64,000 bases of DNA from an uncultured Pelagibacteraceae bacterium. GTDB taxonomy: Bacteria > Pseudomonadota > Alphaproteobacteria > Pelagibacterales > Pelagibacteraceae. The stretch spans positions 9,226 to 73,225 of the forward strand of contig CABZXO010000004.1 of NCBI GenBank assembly GCA_902529645.1, in the 5' to 3' direction. Below the pieces are notes generated by a model, which saw only the letters and a list, made by a program, of their open reading frames with translations, was not told the DNA's origin and searched no databases. Each line of letters opens with the position of its first letter. Position 1 is the first letter of the stretch. The position numbers were made by a program, and so were the translations under genes. Positions 1 through 9,319 of the stretch are shown here, in pieces.

Positions 1-227
1 AACTTTGAAGACATAAAAATTTGATTCGAATTCCTTAATTTTTTTGGTTTTTAACTTATAAATTGTATTTAATTTTAAAAATTAAGTAAAATCAATGCTT
101 ATTAGTGACAATTAAGTCTTCATAAAACTATTTTAATTTGCTATTTAACCTCCAAATTGGCTTAGGGAAACTTAAGTCTAGTTTATATAAACTAAATAAA
201 TAAAAACTAACGAAGAGGGAGTTTTTT

Positions 228-1001
228 ATGAAAAAACTTAAACTGTTTGCTTTAGCAGCTATGGCTCTGATTGGATTTTCAGGTATAGCTATTGCAGCAG
301 ACGCAACGATGTTGATGCAAGATGACTTCGTAGGAATTTCATTCTGGGTTATCTCTATGGGAATGTTAGCAGCTACTGCTTTCTTTTTCATGGAAGCAGG
401 CAACGTCGCATCAGGCTGGAGAACGTCAGTTATTGTTGCTGGTCTAGTAACTGGTATTGCATTCATACACTACATGTACATGAGAGAAGTATGGGTTGCT
501 ACTGGAGACTCGCCAACTGTTTACAGATACATCGACTGGTTAATCACTGTGCCATTACAGATGGTAGAATTCTATTTAATTCTAGCAGCTATTGGTAAAG
601 CAAACTCTGGAATGTTCTGGAGATTGTTAATTGGTTCATTAGTAATGCTAATCGGTGGATACTTAGGTGAAGCAGGATATATTAATGCTACACTAGGTTT
701 CATTATCGGAATGGCAGGTTGGGTATACATTCTTTATGAAGTATTCTCAGGTGAAGCTGGTAAGGCTGCAGCGAAAAGTGGTAACAAAGCTCTTGTAACT
801 GCTTTTGGTGCAATGAGAATGATCGTAACAGTAGGTTGGGCAATTTACCCATTAGGTTATGTATTTGGTTACTTAACTGGTGGTGTAGACGCTAACTCAC
901 TTAACGTCGTTTATAACTTAGCTGACTTCATTAACAAAATTGCATTTGGTCTAGTAATCTGGGCTGCTGCAACTAGTTCAAGCGGAAGAAGAGCTAAGTA
1001 A
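228..1001 (+). CDS. prd: Proteorhodopsin, blue-absorbing type (DTE proton pump)
   Basis: Signal peptide plus 7 TM; helix C RYIDWLITVPLQMVEF (D97, T101, Q105, E108 in PR numbering); His in IAFIHY; helix G LADFINKIAFG with the Schiff-base Lys. Confidence 0.98.
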   Translation: MKKLKLFALAAMALIGFSGIAIAADATMLMQDDFVGISFWVISMGMLAATAFFFMEAGNVASGWRTSVIVAGLVTGIAFIHYMYMREVWVATGDSPTVYRYIDWLITVPLQMVEFYLILAAIGKANSGMFWRLLIGSLVMLIGGYLGEAGYINATLGFIIGMAGWVYILYEVFSGEAGKAAAKSGNKALVTAFGAMRMIVTVGWAIYPLGYVFGYLTGGVDANSLNVVYNLADFINKIAFGLVIWAAATSSSGRRAK

Positions 1002-1019
1002 TTAGCTAAAATTTAAATT

Positions 1020-1056
1020 AAGGGCAGGTACAATTTTGTACTTGCCCTTTTTTTTT
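1020..1056 (+). terminator. Rho-independent terminator of the proteorhodopsin gene
   Basis: AAGGGCAGGTACAA-TT-TTGTACTTGCCCTT hairpin followed by a T run. Confidence 0.9.
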
Positions 1057-1100
1057 ACCTTTATTAAAACTAAGTATAATAATTATACATAATTTTTTTT

Positions 1101-2102
1101 ATGGACGTTAAATTAGAAAAATGGCATCGATGCAAAGTTGATATAGAAGTTCTTAAAGAACTTTCAAAAAAATCTGATATCAAAGGGCTTCAACATGTTT
1201 CAGTTTTTTTTGGATTATTATTAGTAACAGGAGTTTTGGCATATATAACTTGGGGTACATGGTGGTCTGTTTTTTGGTTTTTGGTTTATGGAAACATTTA
1301 TGGTTTTTCAAATCCATTATGGCATGAGACTGGTCACAAAACTGCTTTTCAATCAAAATCTTTAAACGAATTTTTTTATTATATTTCCTCATACCTCTCA
1401 AATTTTGAACCAGTAAGGTGGAGATATACACATTTTGTTCATCATGGAAATACATATTCAACAGAAAATCCATATGATCATGAAATTGAGTATGGAAATA
1501 ATTTAAAAGAAACTCCAAAAAATTTATTGATGAATTTAATTCCTTTTATGGAACTTATTTATTTTAAAAAAAGTATAGCCTACGAAATTATTCAGCATGC
1601 TTTCGGTATAAAAACAAAAGTAATGCAAGATTGTATTCCTGAAAATGCACAACCTAAAGTTATTTTAAACTCTAGAATTTTCGTTGCAATTTGGATTGCG
1701 ATTATTTTGTTGTCTTTAATTACATTATCTTGGTTACCAGTTTTATTTTTTTTATTACCAAAATATTACGGAAGAACTTTACACAAACTTGTCTCTTTTA
1801 CTCAACATGCGGGTCTGGCAAGAAATATTAAAGATCACAGGTACACAACAAGAGAAATGTATTTAAATCCTGTATTAAGCTTTTTATATTGGAAAATGGA
1901 ATACCATGTGACACATCATATGTTTCCAACAGTACCATCTTATAACTTAGATAAACTTCATCATCATATAAAAGATCAATTACCAAGAACAAATAATGGT
2001 TTAATCGAAGCCTATAAAGAAATTTTACCAGCTTTGATGAAACAAAAAGAGGACTCTAGCTACTTTTTTAAAAAGGAAGTTCCTGAACCAGAAAACGCAT
2101 AA
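1101..2102 (+). CDS. Membrane fatty-acid desaturase family protein (MocD-like di-iron enzyme)
   Basis: Three His boxes HETGH, HFVHH, EYHVTHH plus TM segments. Confidence 0.85.
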   Translation: MDVKLEKWHRCKVDIEVLKELSKKSDIKGLQHVSVFFGLLLVTGVLAYITWGTWWSVFWFLVYGNIYGFSNPLWHETGHKTAFQSKSLNEFFYYISSYLSNFEPVRWRYTHFVHHGNTYSTENPYDHEIEYGNNLKETPKNLLMNLIPFMELIYFKKSIAYEIIQHAFGIKTKVMQDCIPENAQPKVILNSRIFVAIWIAIILLSLITLSWLPVLFFLLPKYYGRTLHKLVSFTQHAGLARNIKDHRYTTREMYLNPVLSFLYWKMEYHVTHHMFPTVPSYNLDKLHHHIKDQLPRTNNGLIEAYKEILPALMKQKEDSSYFFKKEVPEPENA

Positions 2103-2162
2103 AACTGACCAGGTTTGTTTTTACTTACTTGCTCAATTTAGATAAGAACCTATATATAACGC

Positions 2163-2483
2163 ATGGCAAAAATTACCTACCATACTCACGATAAAAAAAC
2201 TCATACTATTGATATTCAAAATGGATTAACCGTAATGGAAGGTGCAATCCAAAATGATATTCCAGGCATTGATGCAGATTGTGGAGGTGGAATGTCTTGT
2301 GCTACTTGCCACGTTTATGTCAAAGAAGAATGGTTAGATAAGCTTCCTACAAAAGAAGACGGTGAAGAAGATATGCTTGATATGGCTTTTGAACCAAAAA
2401 AGAATAGCAGGTTGAGTTGTCAGTTAATAGTTTCAGATGAATTAGATGGATTAGAAGTGAACATTCCATCAAAGCAAGGTTAA
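2163..2483 (+). CDS. fdx: 2Fe-2S ferredoxin (adrenodoxin type)
   Basis: [11 protein letters not shown] and SRLSCQ motifs. Confidence 0.95.
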   Translation: MAKITYHTHDKKTHTIDIQNGLTVMEGAIQNDIPGIDADCGGGMSCATCHVYVKEEWLDKLPTKEDGEEDMLDMAFEPKKNSRLSCQLIVSDELDGLEVNIPSKQG

Positions 2484-3500
2484 ATGAATAAAACAGATGT
2501 ATTAATTATTGGAGCAGGGCCAACAGGTTTATTTTGTGCACACCAACTAGGAATAATTGGATTAAGTTGTGAGATTGTAGATAATCTTGATAAAGTTGGT
2601 GGGCAATGTATTGAACTTTATCCAGATAAACCAATTTACGATATTCCAGCAGTCCCTGAGTGTACAGGAGAAGAGTTAACCAATAATCTTTTAAAACAAA
2701 TTCAACCATTTAATATTAAATTTCATTTAAATGAAAGAGTAGAGAAATTAAAAAAAAATCAAAACAGATGGCACGTTAAAACCTCTGGTGGAGTAGAGTT
2801 TGATGTTGCAGCAATTGTAATAGCCGGCGGTGTTGGTTCTTTCGAGCCAAGGAAGTTTGCTGTTAAGGAGTGTGAAAAATTTGAGGGAAACTCTTTATTT
2901 TATTCAATTAAAAATAAATCAATATTTAAGAACAAAACTATTTCAATATTTGGAGGAGGAGATTCAGCATTAGATTGGGCTGTTGAACTATCAAATACGT
3001 CTAAAGTAAATTTAATTCATAGAAGAGATGGTTTTAGTGGAGCAGAAGCAAGTGTTCAAAAAGTAAAAGAACTTAACGAACAAGGCAAATTAAATTTATT
3101 TACAAAGTATCAATTAGACTCAATAATAGGAGAAAAAAATATTGAAATAGTAAAAATAAAACATGATGAGGGAGAAATTAAAGAAATTAAATCTGATTAT
3201 GTATTAGGTTTTTTCGGTTTAATTATGCAACTTGGCCCAATTTTAGATTGGGGCTTAAATATAAATAAAAAAAATGTTGGAGTTAATACTGAAAATTTTG
3301 AAACCAATGTTAAAGGAATATTTGCCATTGGTGATATTTGTTCTTACCCAGGAAAATTAAAATTAATTCTTTCAGGTTTCCATGAGGGCGCATTGGCAGC
3401 AAGAGGATGTTTTAAATATGCTAAACCAAATGAAAAATTAAGATTTGAATTCACAACAACTTCTAAAACTGCACAAGAAAGACTTGGAATTAAAAAATGA
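2484..3500 (+). CDS. Thioredoxin-reductase-like ferredoxin--NADP+ reductase
   Basis: GAGPTG and GGGDSA Rossmann motifs, YPDKPIYD, GIFAIGD, YPGKLKLI; no CxxC; directly follows the ferredoxin. Confidence 0.88.
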   Translation: MNKTDVLIIGAGPTGLFCAHQLGIIGLSCEIVDNLDKVGGQCIELYPDKPIYDIPAVPECTGEELTNNLLKQIQPFNIKFHLNERVEKLKKNQNRWHVKTSGGVEFDVAAIVIAGGVGSFEPRKFAVKECEKFEGNSLFYSIKNKSIFKNKTISIFGGGDSALDWAVELSNTSKVNLIHRRDGFSGAEASVQKVKELNEQGKLNLFTKYQLDSIIGEKNIEIVKIKHDEGEIKEIKSDYVLGFFGLIMQLGPILDWGLNINKKNVGVNTENFETNVKGIFAIGDICSYPGKLKLILSGFHEGALAARGCFKYAKPNEKLRFEFTTTSKTAQERLGIKK

Positions 3501-4123
3501 TAGAACTTTTTTCTGCTAATACTCCTAACGGGTGGAAAATTAGTATCATGCTTGAAGAAATTGGTTACGAGTATAAGGTAACTAAAGTTGATTTAGGTAA
3601 AGATGAACAATTTAAACCAGAATTTACAAAGCTAAGTCCATTTGGAAAAATCCCAGTTATTATTGATCATAAGAACAATAAAAGTATTTTTGAATCTGGT
3701 TCAATATTAATGTATTTAGCTGACATAAGTGGAAAACTTTATAATCAAAAAGATAGACTAATTATTAATCAATGGTTGATGGCTCAAATGGGAACAGTAG
3801 GCCCGATGATTGGTCAACATCATCAGTTCCATCATTACAATCCAGGAAAAAGTGAATTTGGTGAAGAAAGATATTTCAAAATTACAAAAAGAATTTATGG
3901 AGAATTGGATACTAGATTAAATGAGTCTAAATATCTCGCAGGGGAAGAGTATACAATTGCAGATATTGCAACCTGGCCATGGATAGCAAGACATGAATGG
4001 CATGATATTGGTTTAAAAAATTATCAAAATTTATCCAGATGGTACTTAGAGATTGCGGAACGTGAGGCTGTAGTTAAAGGCTATGCCTTTATGGATAAGG
4101 AAGCTAAAATCCCAAAACTATAA
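3497..4123 (+). CDS. Glutathione S-transferase (YfcG/YghU nu-class-like)
   Basis: TPNG motif, KIPVI, FESGSI, EYTIADIA. Confidence 0.92.
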   Translation: MIELFSANTPNGWKISIMLEEIGYEYKVTKVDLGKDEQFKPEFTKLSPFGKIPVIIDHKNNKSIFESGSILMYLADISGKLYNQKDRLIINQWLMAQMGTVGPMIGQHHQFHHYNPGKSEFGEERYFKITKRIYGELDTRLNESKYLAGEEYTIADIATWPWIARHEWHDIGLKNYQNLSRWYLEIAEREAVVKGYAFMDKEAKIPKL

Positions 4124-4130
4124 AAAAATT

Positions 4131-4226
4131 TTATCCAAATAATCTGTAGAGGGTACTTAGAATTCCATAACCTGAAAACTCAATAGCAATAATTATAATA
4201 ATTATTAAAATTAATTTTTTATTCAT
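4131..4226 (-). CDS. Putative 31-aa small membrane protein (MNKKLILIIIIIIAIEFSGYGILSTLYRLFG)
   Basis: Translated by hand; ATGA overlap with the upstream micro-ORF; basic N-terminus and hydrophobic helix. Confidence 0.5.
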   Translation of the reverse strand: MNKKLILIIIIIIAIEFSGYGILSTLYRLFG

Positions 4227-4339
4227 TTTAAGAATAAATAAAGTAACAAAATTATCCAGAAAAAGGGATAGTAGAAATAAATATATTTTTTTGCAAAAAG
4301 AAAAGAAATTGAACTTTGTTTGGAAGATTTTTTTCTCAT
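4223..4339 (-). CDS. Putative 38-aa small membrane protein (MRKKSSKQSSISFLFAKKYIYFYYPFFWIILLLYLFLK)
   Basis: Translated by hand; ATG immediately follows the dksA stop (TAAATG); C-terminal TM helix. Confidence 0.5.
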   Translation of the reverse strand: MRKKSSKQSSISFLFAKKYIYFYYPFFWIILLLYLFLK

Positions 4340-4855
4340 TTAATCATCTGCATGAACTTTTTCGTCTTTTTCATGCTTTTCTTGCGCAGCTATAGTGTAT
4401 TTTGCTACAGGTCTTGCCATTAATCTTTTTAATCCAATTGGCTCCGCTGTATCCAAGCAATAACCATAAGTATCTTCTCTAATTCTTCTCAAAGCTTTAT
4501 CAATTTCCGAAATTAATTTAATCTGTCTATTAATTGCTTTCATTTCTACATTGCTATCAATATAGGAGTTTGCTTGATCGACAATATCTGCAGAAATATT
4601 ATTATCATCCATGCTACCGTTGTATAGAGCTTCATTATTAGCTTTAATTAATTCTTTTTTCCATTCCGTTAGTCTCATTCTGAAAAATACTTTATGTTTT
4701 TCACACATATATTTTTCAGTATCTTTTGGAACATAAGTTTTTGAAATTTTTACAGGACCTTTGGGCGCAACTTTAGCTGTAGTTGGTTTTGCTTTACTTA
4801 CAACTTTAGTTTTTGGTTTTGATACTTTTTTCTTTGCTTTAGCAGTCTTTGGCAT
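4340..4855 (-). CDS. dksA: RNA polymerase-binding transcription factor DksA
   Basis: Coiled-coil tip DIVDQA (DxxDxA); YGYCLDTAEPIGLKRLMARP; Lys/Ala/Pro-rich N-terminal tail. Confidence 0.93.
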   Translation of the reverse strand: MPKTAKAKKKVSKPKTKVVSKAKPTTAKVAPKGPVKISKTYVPKDTEKYMCEKHKVFFRMRLTEWKKELIKANNEALYNGSMDDNNISADIVDQANSYIDSNVEMKAINRQIKLISEIDKALRRIREDTYGYCLDTAEPIGLKRLMARPVAKYTIAAQEKHEKDEKVHADD

Positions 4856-4869
4856 AGCGTAATTTTAAT

Positions 4870-4904
4870 CGCTCGCAGTATATTCAGCAAATTAGGGGTG
4901 TCAA
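4870..4904 (-). promoter_or_regulatory. sigma70 promoter of dksA
   Basis: Minus strand TTGACA (4904-4899), 16-nt spacer, TATACT (4882-4877), then GC-rich GCGAGCG. Confidence 0.7.
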
Positions 4905-4933
4905 GCAAGCTTAATTAATATAAATATTTATAA

Positions 4934-6256
4934 ATGACCATTAATAACAAAAATATTGATAATGTTTTTTATATTTTTGTTACAGCTCATCTAATTTTTT
5001 GGACACTGATTCCATCAATTACAAATCACAATTTACCACTGGATACAATTGAAGCTTTAGCTTGGGGCAGTAATTTAGATTGGGGATTTAATAAACACCC
5101 ACCAATGAGTGCTTTTGTTCCAGAAGTTTTATATTTAATTTTTGGACCACAAGATTGGGTTTATTATTTATTAAGTCAAATTTTTGTAATTATATCTTTT
5201 TATTACGTTTTTAAATTTTCAAATGAAATATTTAACAATAAATTATTAGTTTTAATTTCTGTATTATTAATTGAAGCAATTTATTTTTATAACTTCACCA
5301 CACCTGAATTTAATGTAAATGTATGTCAATTACCTTTCTGGTCTTTAACAGTTTATTATTCCTGGAAAATATATAGCGGCAATGAAATAAAGTTTTCAGA
5401 TTGTTTTTTTGTAGGTCTGTTTGCAGCTTTTGGTTTTTTATCAAAATATCTATTTATTTATCTATTAGTTTCTATTGATCTTGTCTTTATTTATTTAATT
5501 TTTTTAAAAAAGGAGAGAAAATTTGATTTTAAATATCTTATTACTGTTGAAGTTTTTTTAGTTGTTTTAGTCCCACATTTTATATGGCTATACAACAATG
5601 ATTTTATTACAATTACATATGGATTAGCTAGAACTGGCCTAGAACAATCTAGCTTTATAGATCATATTAAATTTCCACTAATCTTTTTATTCAAACAAGT
5701 AGGAATAATAATTCCATTTTTTATTTTAATTTGGTTGCTAGTAAAAAAAATTAAATTTAATTTAAATTTAAAGGACAAAAAATTACTATTTTTATTAGCA
5801 ATTAATATTTTGCCTATTGTTTTAATGTTTTTAACTTCATTAATTACTGGATCAAAAATTAGGACAATGTGGATGACACCATTCTATTTGTTTTTTGGCA
5901 CATTATTTGTTTATTTGTTTCAAGCTCAAATTAATCTTAAAAAATTAAAACCATTCATGATTGGATTTATTTTCTTTTTCTTTTTATCGCCAGGACTTTA
6001 CGCTTATGTTTCAATTTCAAAAGATGACAAGAGAACTGATTATCCAGGTAAAGAAATTGCAACAAAAACTCAATATGCTTGGGATCAACAATTCGCGTCA
6101 GAAATAAATGTAGTTTTAGGTGATGAATGGAATGCTGGAAATTTATCTTATCATTTAAAATCTAGACCAGTTTGGGAGGGTTTTGTTGAAAGAGAAAAGC
6201 TTGATCAATTGAAAGACTATATGTGTCTTGATAATATTTGCGTAGGATCAAGATAA
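4934..6256 (+). CDS. ArnT/PMT-family (GT-C) membrane glycosyltransferase
   Basis: Polytopic; LDTIEALAWG, WGFNKHPP, FLSKY motifs. Confidence 0.85.
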   Translation: MTINNKNIDNVFYIFVTAHLIFWTLIPSITNHNLPLDTIEALAWGSNLDWGFNKHPPMSAFVPEVLYLIFGPQDWVYYLLSQIFVIISFYYVFKFSNEIFNNKLLVLISVLLIEAIYFYNFTTPEFNVNVCQLPFWSLTVYYSWKIYSGNEIKFSDCFFVGLFAAFGFLSKYLFIYLLVSIDLVFIYLIFLKKERKFDFKYLITVEVFLVVLVPHFIWLYNNDFITITYGLARTGLEQSSFIDHIKFPLIFLFKQVGIIIPFFILIWLLVKKIKFNLNLKDKKLLFLLAINILPIVLMFLTSLITGSKIRTMWMTPFYLFFGTLFVYLFQAQINLKKLKPFMIGFIFFFFLSPGLYAYVSISKDDKRTDYPGKEIATKTQYAWDQQFASEINVVLGDEWNAGNLSYHLKSRPVWEGFVEREKLDQLKDYMCLDNICVGSR

Positions 6257-7126
6257 ATGAAATATGTAATTTTAGTTCCAATTTATAATGACAGAGAGTC
6301 TTTAAAGTTATTGGTAGAAAATATTAATTCTGAAATAAAAGATTTAAATCATGAAATATCATTAGTTGTTATAAATGATGCATCATCACAACAGATAATA
6401 GATACTTATCCAAATATTGAAAACATAAGTTCTTTTGAAATAATAAATATGAAGGAAAATAGAGGTCATGCAAGATGCATTGCCTCTGGCTTAAAATATA
6501 TTTTTGAAAAAAAAGATTTTGATTTCGTAATTCCAATGGATGGTGATGGCGAAGATAGACCTCAAGAAATTAAAAATTTCCTTCAACTTTCAGAGCAATC
6601 AGGCGAAAAGTCAATTACTGGTGAAAGAGTAAAGAGATCTGAAGGTTTATTTTTTCAATTATGTTATCAATTTCACAAATTCTTAACTTTAGCATTTACC
6701 GGACAATCAATTAAATTTGGGAACTTTACTTGTTTATCAAAATCAACTGTAAAAAAAATGCTGGAAGAAAAGGCTACCTGGAATAGTTTTTCTGGATCAT
6801 TAAAAAAAGTTGAAAAGGATTTAATCAGCACACCTTCTATAAGAGGTAAAAGATATTTCGGTCCATCTCAAATGAGTTTTTTTAACTTATTAAAACATTC
6901 ACTTTCAATTATAAGTGTTTTCAGAAAAACAGTTTTGATTAGATCAGCTTTATTTATTATTTTTTATATATTATTGATCAAAAGCTATGCTTCAGTAATT
7001 ACTTCACTACCATTGGTTTTATTATTGATAATGATTTATTCAATTTCTAGCTTAGCTTTAAGAGAAAATATTGAAGAATTTAATAATTCCTTAACAAATA
7101 TTCACGATATTGATAAAATAAAATGA
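6257..7126 (+). CDS. GT2 polyprenol-phosphate glycosyltransferase (GtrB/ArnC-like)
   Basis: VPIYND, INDAS, NRGH, MDGDGED; two C-terminal TM helices. Confidence 0.88.
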   Translation: MKYVILVPIYNDRESLKLLVENINSEIKDLNHEISLVVINDASSQQIIDTYPNIENISSFEIINMKENRGHARCIASGLKYIFEKKDFDFVIPMDGDGEDRPQEIKNFLQLSEQSGEKSITGERVKRSEGLFFQLCYQFHKFLTLAFTGQSIKFGNFTCLSKSTVKKMLEEKATWNSFSGSLKKVEKDLISTPSIRGKRYFGPSQMSFFNLLKHSLSIISVFRKTVLIRSALFIIFYILLIKSYASVITSLPLVLLLIMIYSISSLALRENIEEFNNSLTNIHDIDKIK

Positions 7127-7136
7127 TTTAAGCTTT

Positions 7137-8006
7137 ATGAAAAAAATTTCAGGCATTCTGTTTCTTAGCTTGTTATTAGGTGGAAGTAGTTTTGCAGGTG
7201 TAGAAGAAGTCCTTAAAGAAATCAAAAAAAATAAAGATATAGCCCGGGGTTTTAATAAAGTTAAAGAATTTGATTCATGGAACGAATGGCATATTGACAA
7301 TAAAGCAATACTTAAATCAGATAAATCAAAAAGAGAGCATATAGTCAAAATTGTTAGTAAATCTGATAATCATCCTGTTAGATTTGGAAATCAGTCATTA
7401 AGATTTGAAGTTAGAGATGGCAATGGATGGGGTTGGGATGCTAGAAATGACAGAGAAAGAGTTGAGCTGAAAATATGTTGTGTTAATAAAAAAACTACAT
7501 GGACAGCTTGGTCATTATATCTACCAGAAGATTATAAAGTAATTTATCCTGCTAAAACAATGTTAGCTCAATTTCATAATGATGCTGATAATCCTCCCGC
7601 TTTTGCTTTTGAAAACCAATCTCACACTAATGGAGGAGGTTATTGGATTGATCGTGATAGTTATATTCTTGGATTCAACATGCAGTCAAAATTAATCGAT
7701 AAGTCAGAGATGTATGGAAAGTGGAATGATATTTTAGTTAATGCAAAATGGACATACAAAAATGATGGTTTTTTTAAAATTTGGATCAATGGTAAACTTG
7801 CTTTTCACCATAAAGGCAGGACGCAAGAAAAGGGTGAAAGAATAGAATTTCATTTTGGTATATATAGATCATTCATGTCTAGAACACCTGGACCAGATCC
7901 AACTCAAATAGCTTACTATGATGAAATAAGACATGCTAAGTCATGCAAAAAACTTAAACTTAAAGATCTAGGATATTCTTGTAAAGAAATTGAAAGTCAG
8001 AATTAA
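7137..8006 (+). CDS. Secreted polysaccharide lyase-like protein (Polysacc_lyase/heparin lyase I-like jelly roll), paralog 1
   Basis: Signal peptide; SLRFEVR, RERVEL, QFH, WNDILVNAKW, GFFKIWING, FHFGIYR. Confidence 0.72.
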   Translation: MKKISGILFLSLLLGGSSFAGVEEVLKEIKKNKDIARGFNKVKEFDSWNEWHIDNKAILKSDKSKREHIVKIVSKSDNHPVRFGNQSLRFEVRDGNGWGWDARNDRERVELKICCVNKKTTWTAWSLYLPEDYKVIYPAKTMLAQFHNDADNPPAFAFENQSHTNGGGYWIDRDSYILGFNMQSKLIDKSEMYGKWNDILVNAKWTYKNDGFFKIWINGKLAFHHKGRTQEKGERIEFHFGIYRSFMSRTPGPDPTQIAYYDEIRHAKSCKKLKLKDLGYSCKEIESQN

Positions 8007-9011
8007 ATGAAAAAAATATTAATAATTTTATTTTCACTTTTATTAGTTCCTTCAATTTCGTATGCAAATAAATGGCATATAAAAATGAAAAAGCAAGAGA
8101 AGAAAGATTTTGCTCATTATGTGCTTAAAGCACAGTCAGATAATAAGATGGTATTTAACCTTCGAAATATCAAAAATTCTAACATCTATAAATTTTTTGA
8201 TGAATTTGAAGATTATTTAGGAGTAAAAGAAAAAGGGATAGAATTTAATTTAAAATATTCATTTGAGGGACACGAAAAAGATTGGATAAGATGGGGTATA
8301 CCAGGTCATGCTCAGCGATTTCAAATCATGGAACCTTATAAAGAAACTACCAAAAAAAATAAAACTAAATGGTATAGACTTGGATATTTTGTACCAGCAG
8401 ATATAAGAACAGATAAACATACGATTGGTTTATTTGATTTTAAAAAACTATATGGGAAAGGTGAAAAAACCCACGATGCATCATTTAATATAATTGATAA
8501 CAGATTTGCATGGATCTTTAACTCATCAAACTTTTTGGCTACTAAAAATGAAACAGGGTCTGAATATTTGTATTTTGATCACTATATTATTAATTTAGAT
8601 CAAAATTTTGTAAGACTAAAAGGTAAGTGGGTAAATATTATAATTAATGCAAAATGGTCTGAACAAGGTTTTTTACATTTATGGATAGATGGAAAATTAA
8701 TTTCAAGTTATTTTGGTGATACATTAGGAGATGCTTCTAGCGTGAGATTTAAATTTGGTCCTTATAGACATCATATGGACAATGCCACCAAAGAAGGTAT
8801 AGAAATTCCTGATACTATTATTAGATATTCAAATGTAGGTAAATCTGACAATTGTGATGATTTATGGAGTGGTTGCTCAGAACTGATAAGCCAGTTATCA
8901 AATCAATCTCAAGTTAATGGTGCAAGTTCTGTCGTGTTGTGTACATCAACATCTTCACAATCTTCATCTTGTAAAAATTTAGGCTATCCATCTAATCAAA
9001 GACCTTTTTGA
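8007..9011 (+). CDS. Secreted polysaccharide lyase-like protein, paralog 2 (divergent)
   Basis: Signal peptide; WYRLGYFVP, KWVNIIINAKW, GFLHLWIDG, FKFGPYR align with paralog 1. Confidence 0.62.
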   Translation: MKKILIILFSLLLVPSISYANKWHIKMKKQEKKDFAHYVLKAQSDNKMVFNLRNIKNSNIYKFFDEFEDYLGVKEKGIEFNLKYSFEGHEKDWIRWGIPGHAQRFQIMEPYKETTKKNKTKWYRLGYFVPADIRTDKHTIGLFDFKKLYGKGEKTHDASFNIIDNRFAWIFNSSNFLATKNETGSEYLYFDHYIINLDQNFVRLKGKWVNIIINAKWSEQGFLHLWIDGKLISSYFGDTLGDASSVRFKFGPYRHHMDNATKEGIEIPDTIIRYSNVGKSDNCDDLWSGCSELISQLSNQSQVNGASSVVLCTSTSSQSSSCKNLGYPSNQRPF

Positions 9012-9233
9012 TTAACAACAACCGCAGCTTTTTTTTGTAGTTTTTGGTTTATCGTCAGCTTTTACAGCTTCTAATTCTTTTTGTTCGTCTTTAATAGCTT
9101 TTTGTTGCTTTGAAATTTTATCCTCAAAGTATTCATAAAGAGATGCAAAACCTAATTTAGAGGCTCTTTTTTCCTCATAATTCCTTCGTCCTTTAAGGTT
9201 TTCAATTATTTTAACTATTTCTTGATTTTGCAT
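9012..9233 (-). CDS. Small hypothetical protein with C-terminal CGCC
   Basis: 73-aa ORF with a coiled-coil-like body ending KKSCGCC; fills the gap exactly. Confidence 0.7.
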   Translation of the reverse strand: MQNQEIVKIIENLKGRRNYEEKRASKLGFASLYEYFEDKISKQQKAIKDEQKELEAVKADDKPKTTKKSCGCC

Positions 9234-9319
9234 GTTTCTTTTTTATTAAAAAAAGCAAATAATTCAAGCTCTAAAATTTGGCAAACAATAAATAGGTTTT
9301 TTTGTGCTAGGATAATGTC

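Noticed and set aside
680-725. Carotenoid-antenna fenestration in the proteorhodopsin
   Set aside because: Helix E reads GFIIGMAGW; by manual alignment the position matching xanthorhodopsin Gly156 is Phe, so the window is closed
4131-4260. DnaA-box-like TTATCCAAA and TTATCCAGA in an AT-rich gap, suggesting oriC
   Set aside because: Both are mismatched, they fall inside the two micro-ORFs, and no origin-linked genes are nearby
9278-9300. sigma54 promoter for the urease operon (TTGGCA...)
   Set aside because: No TTGC at the -12 position
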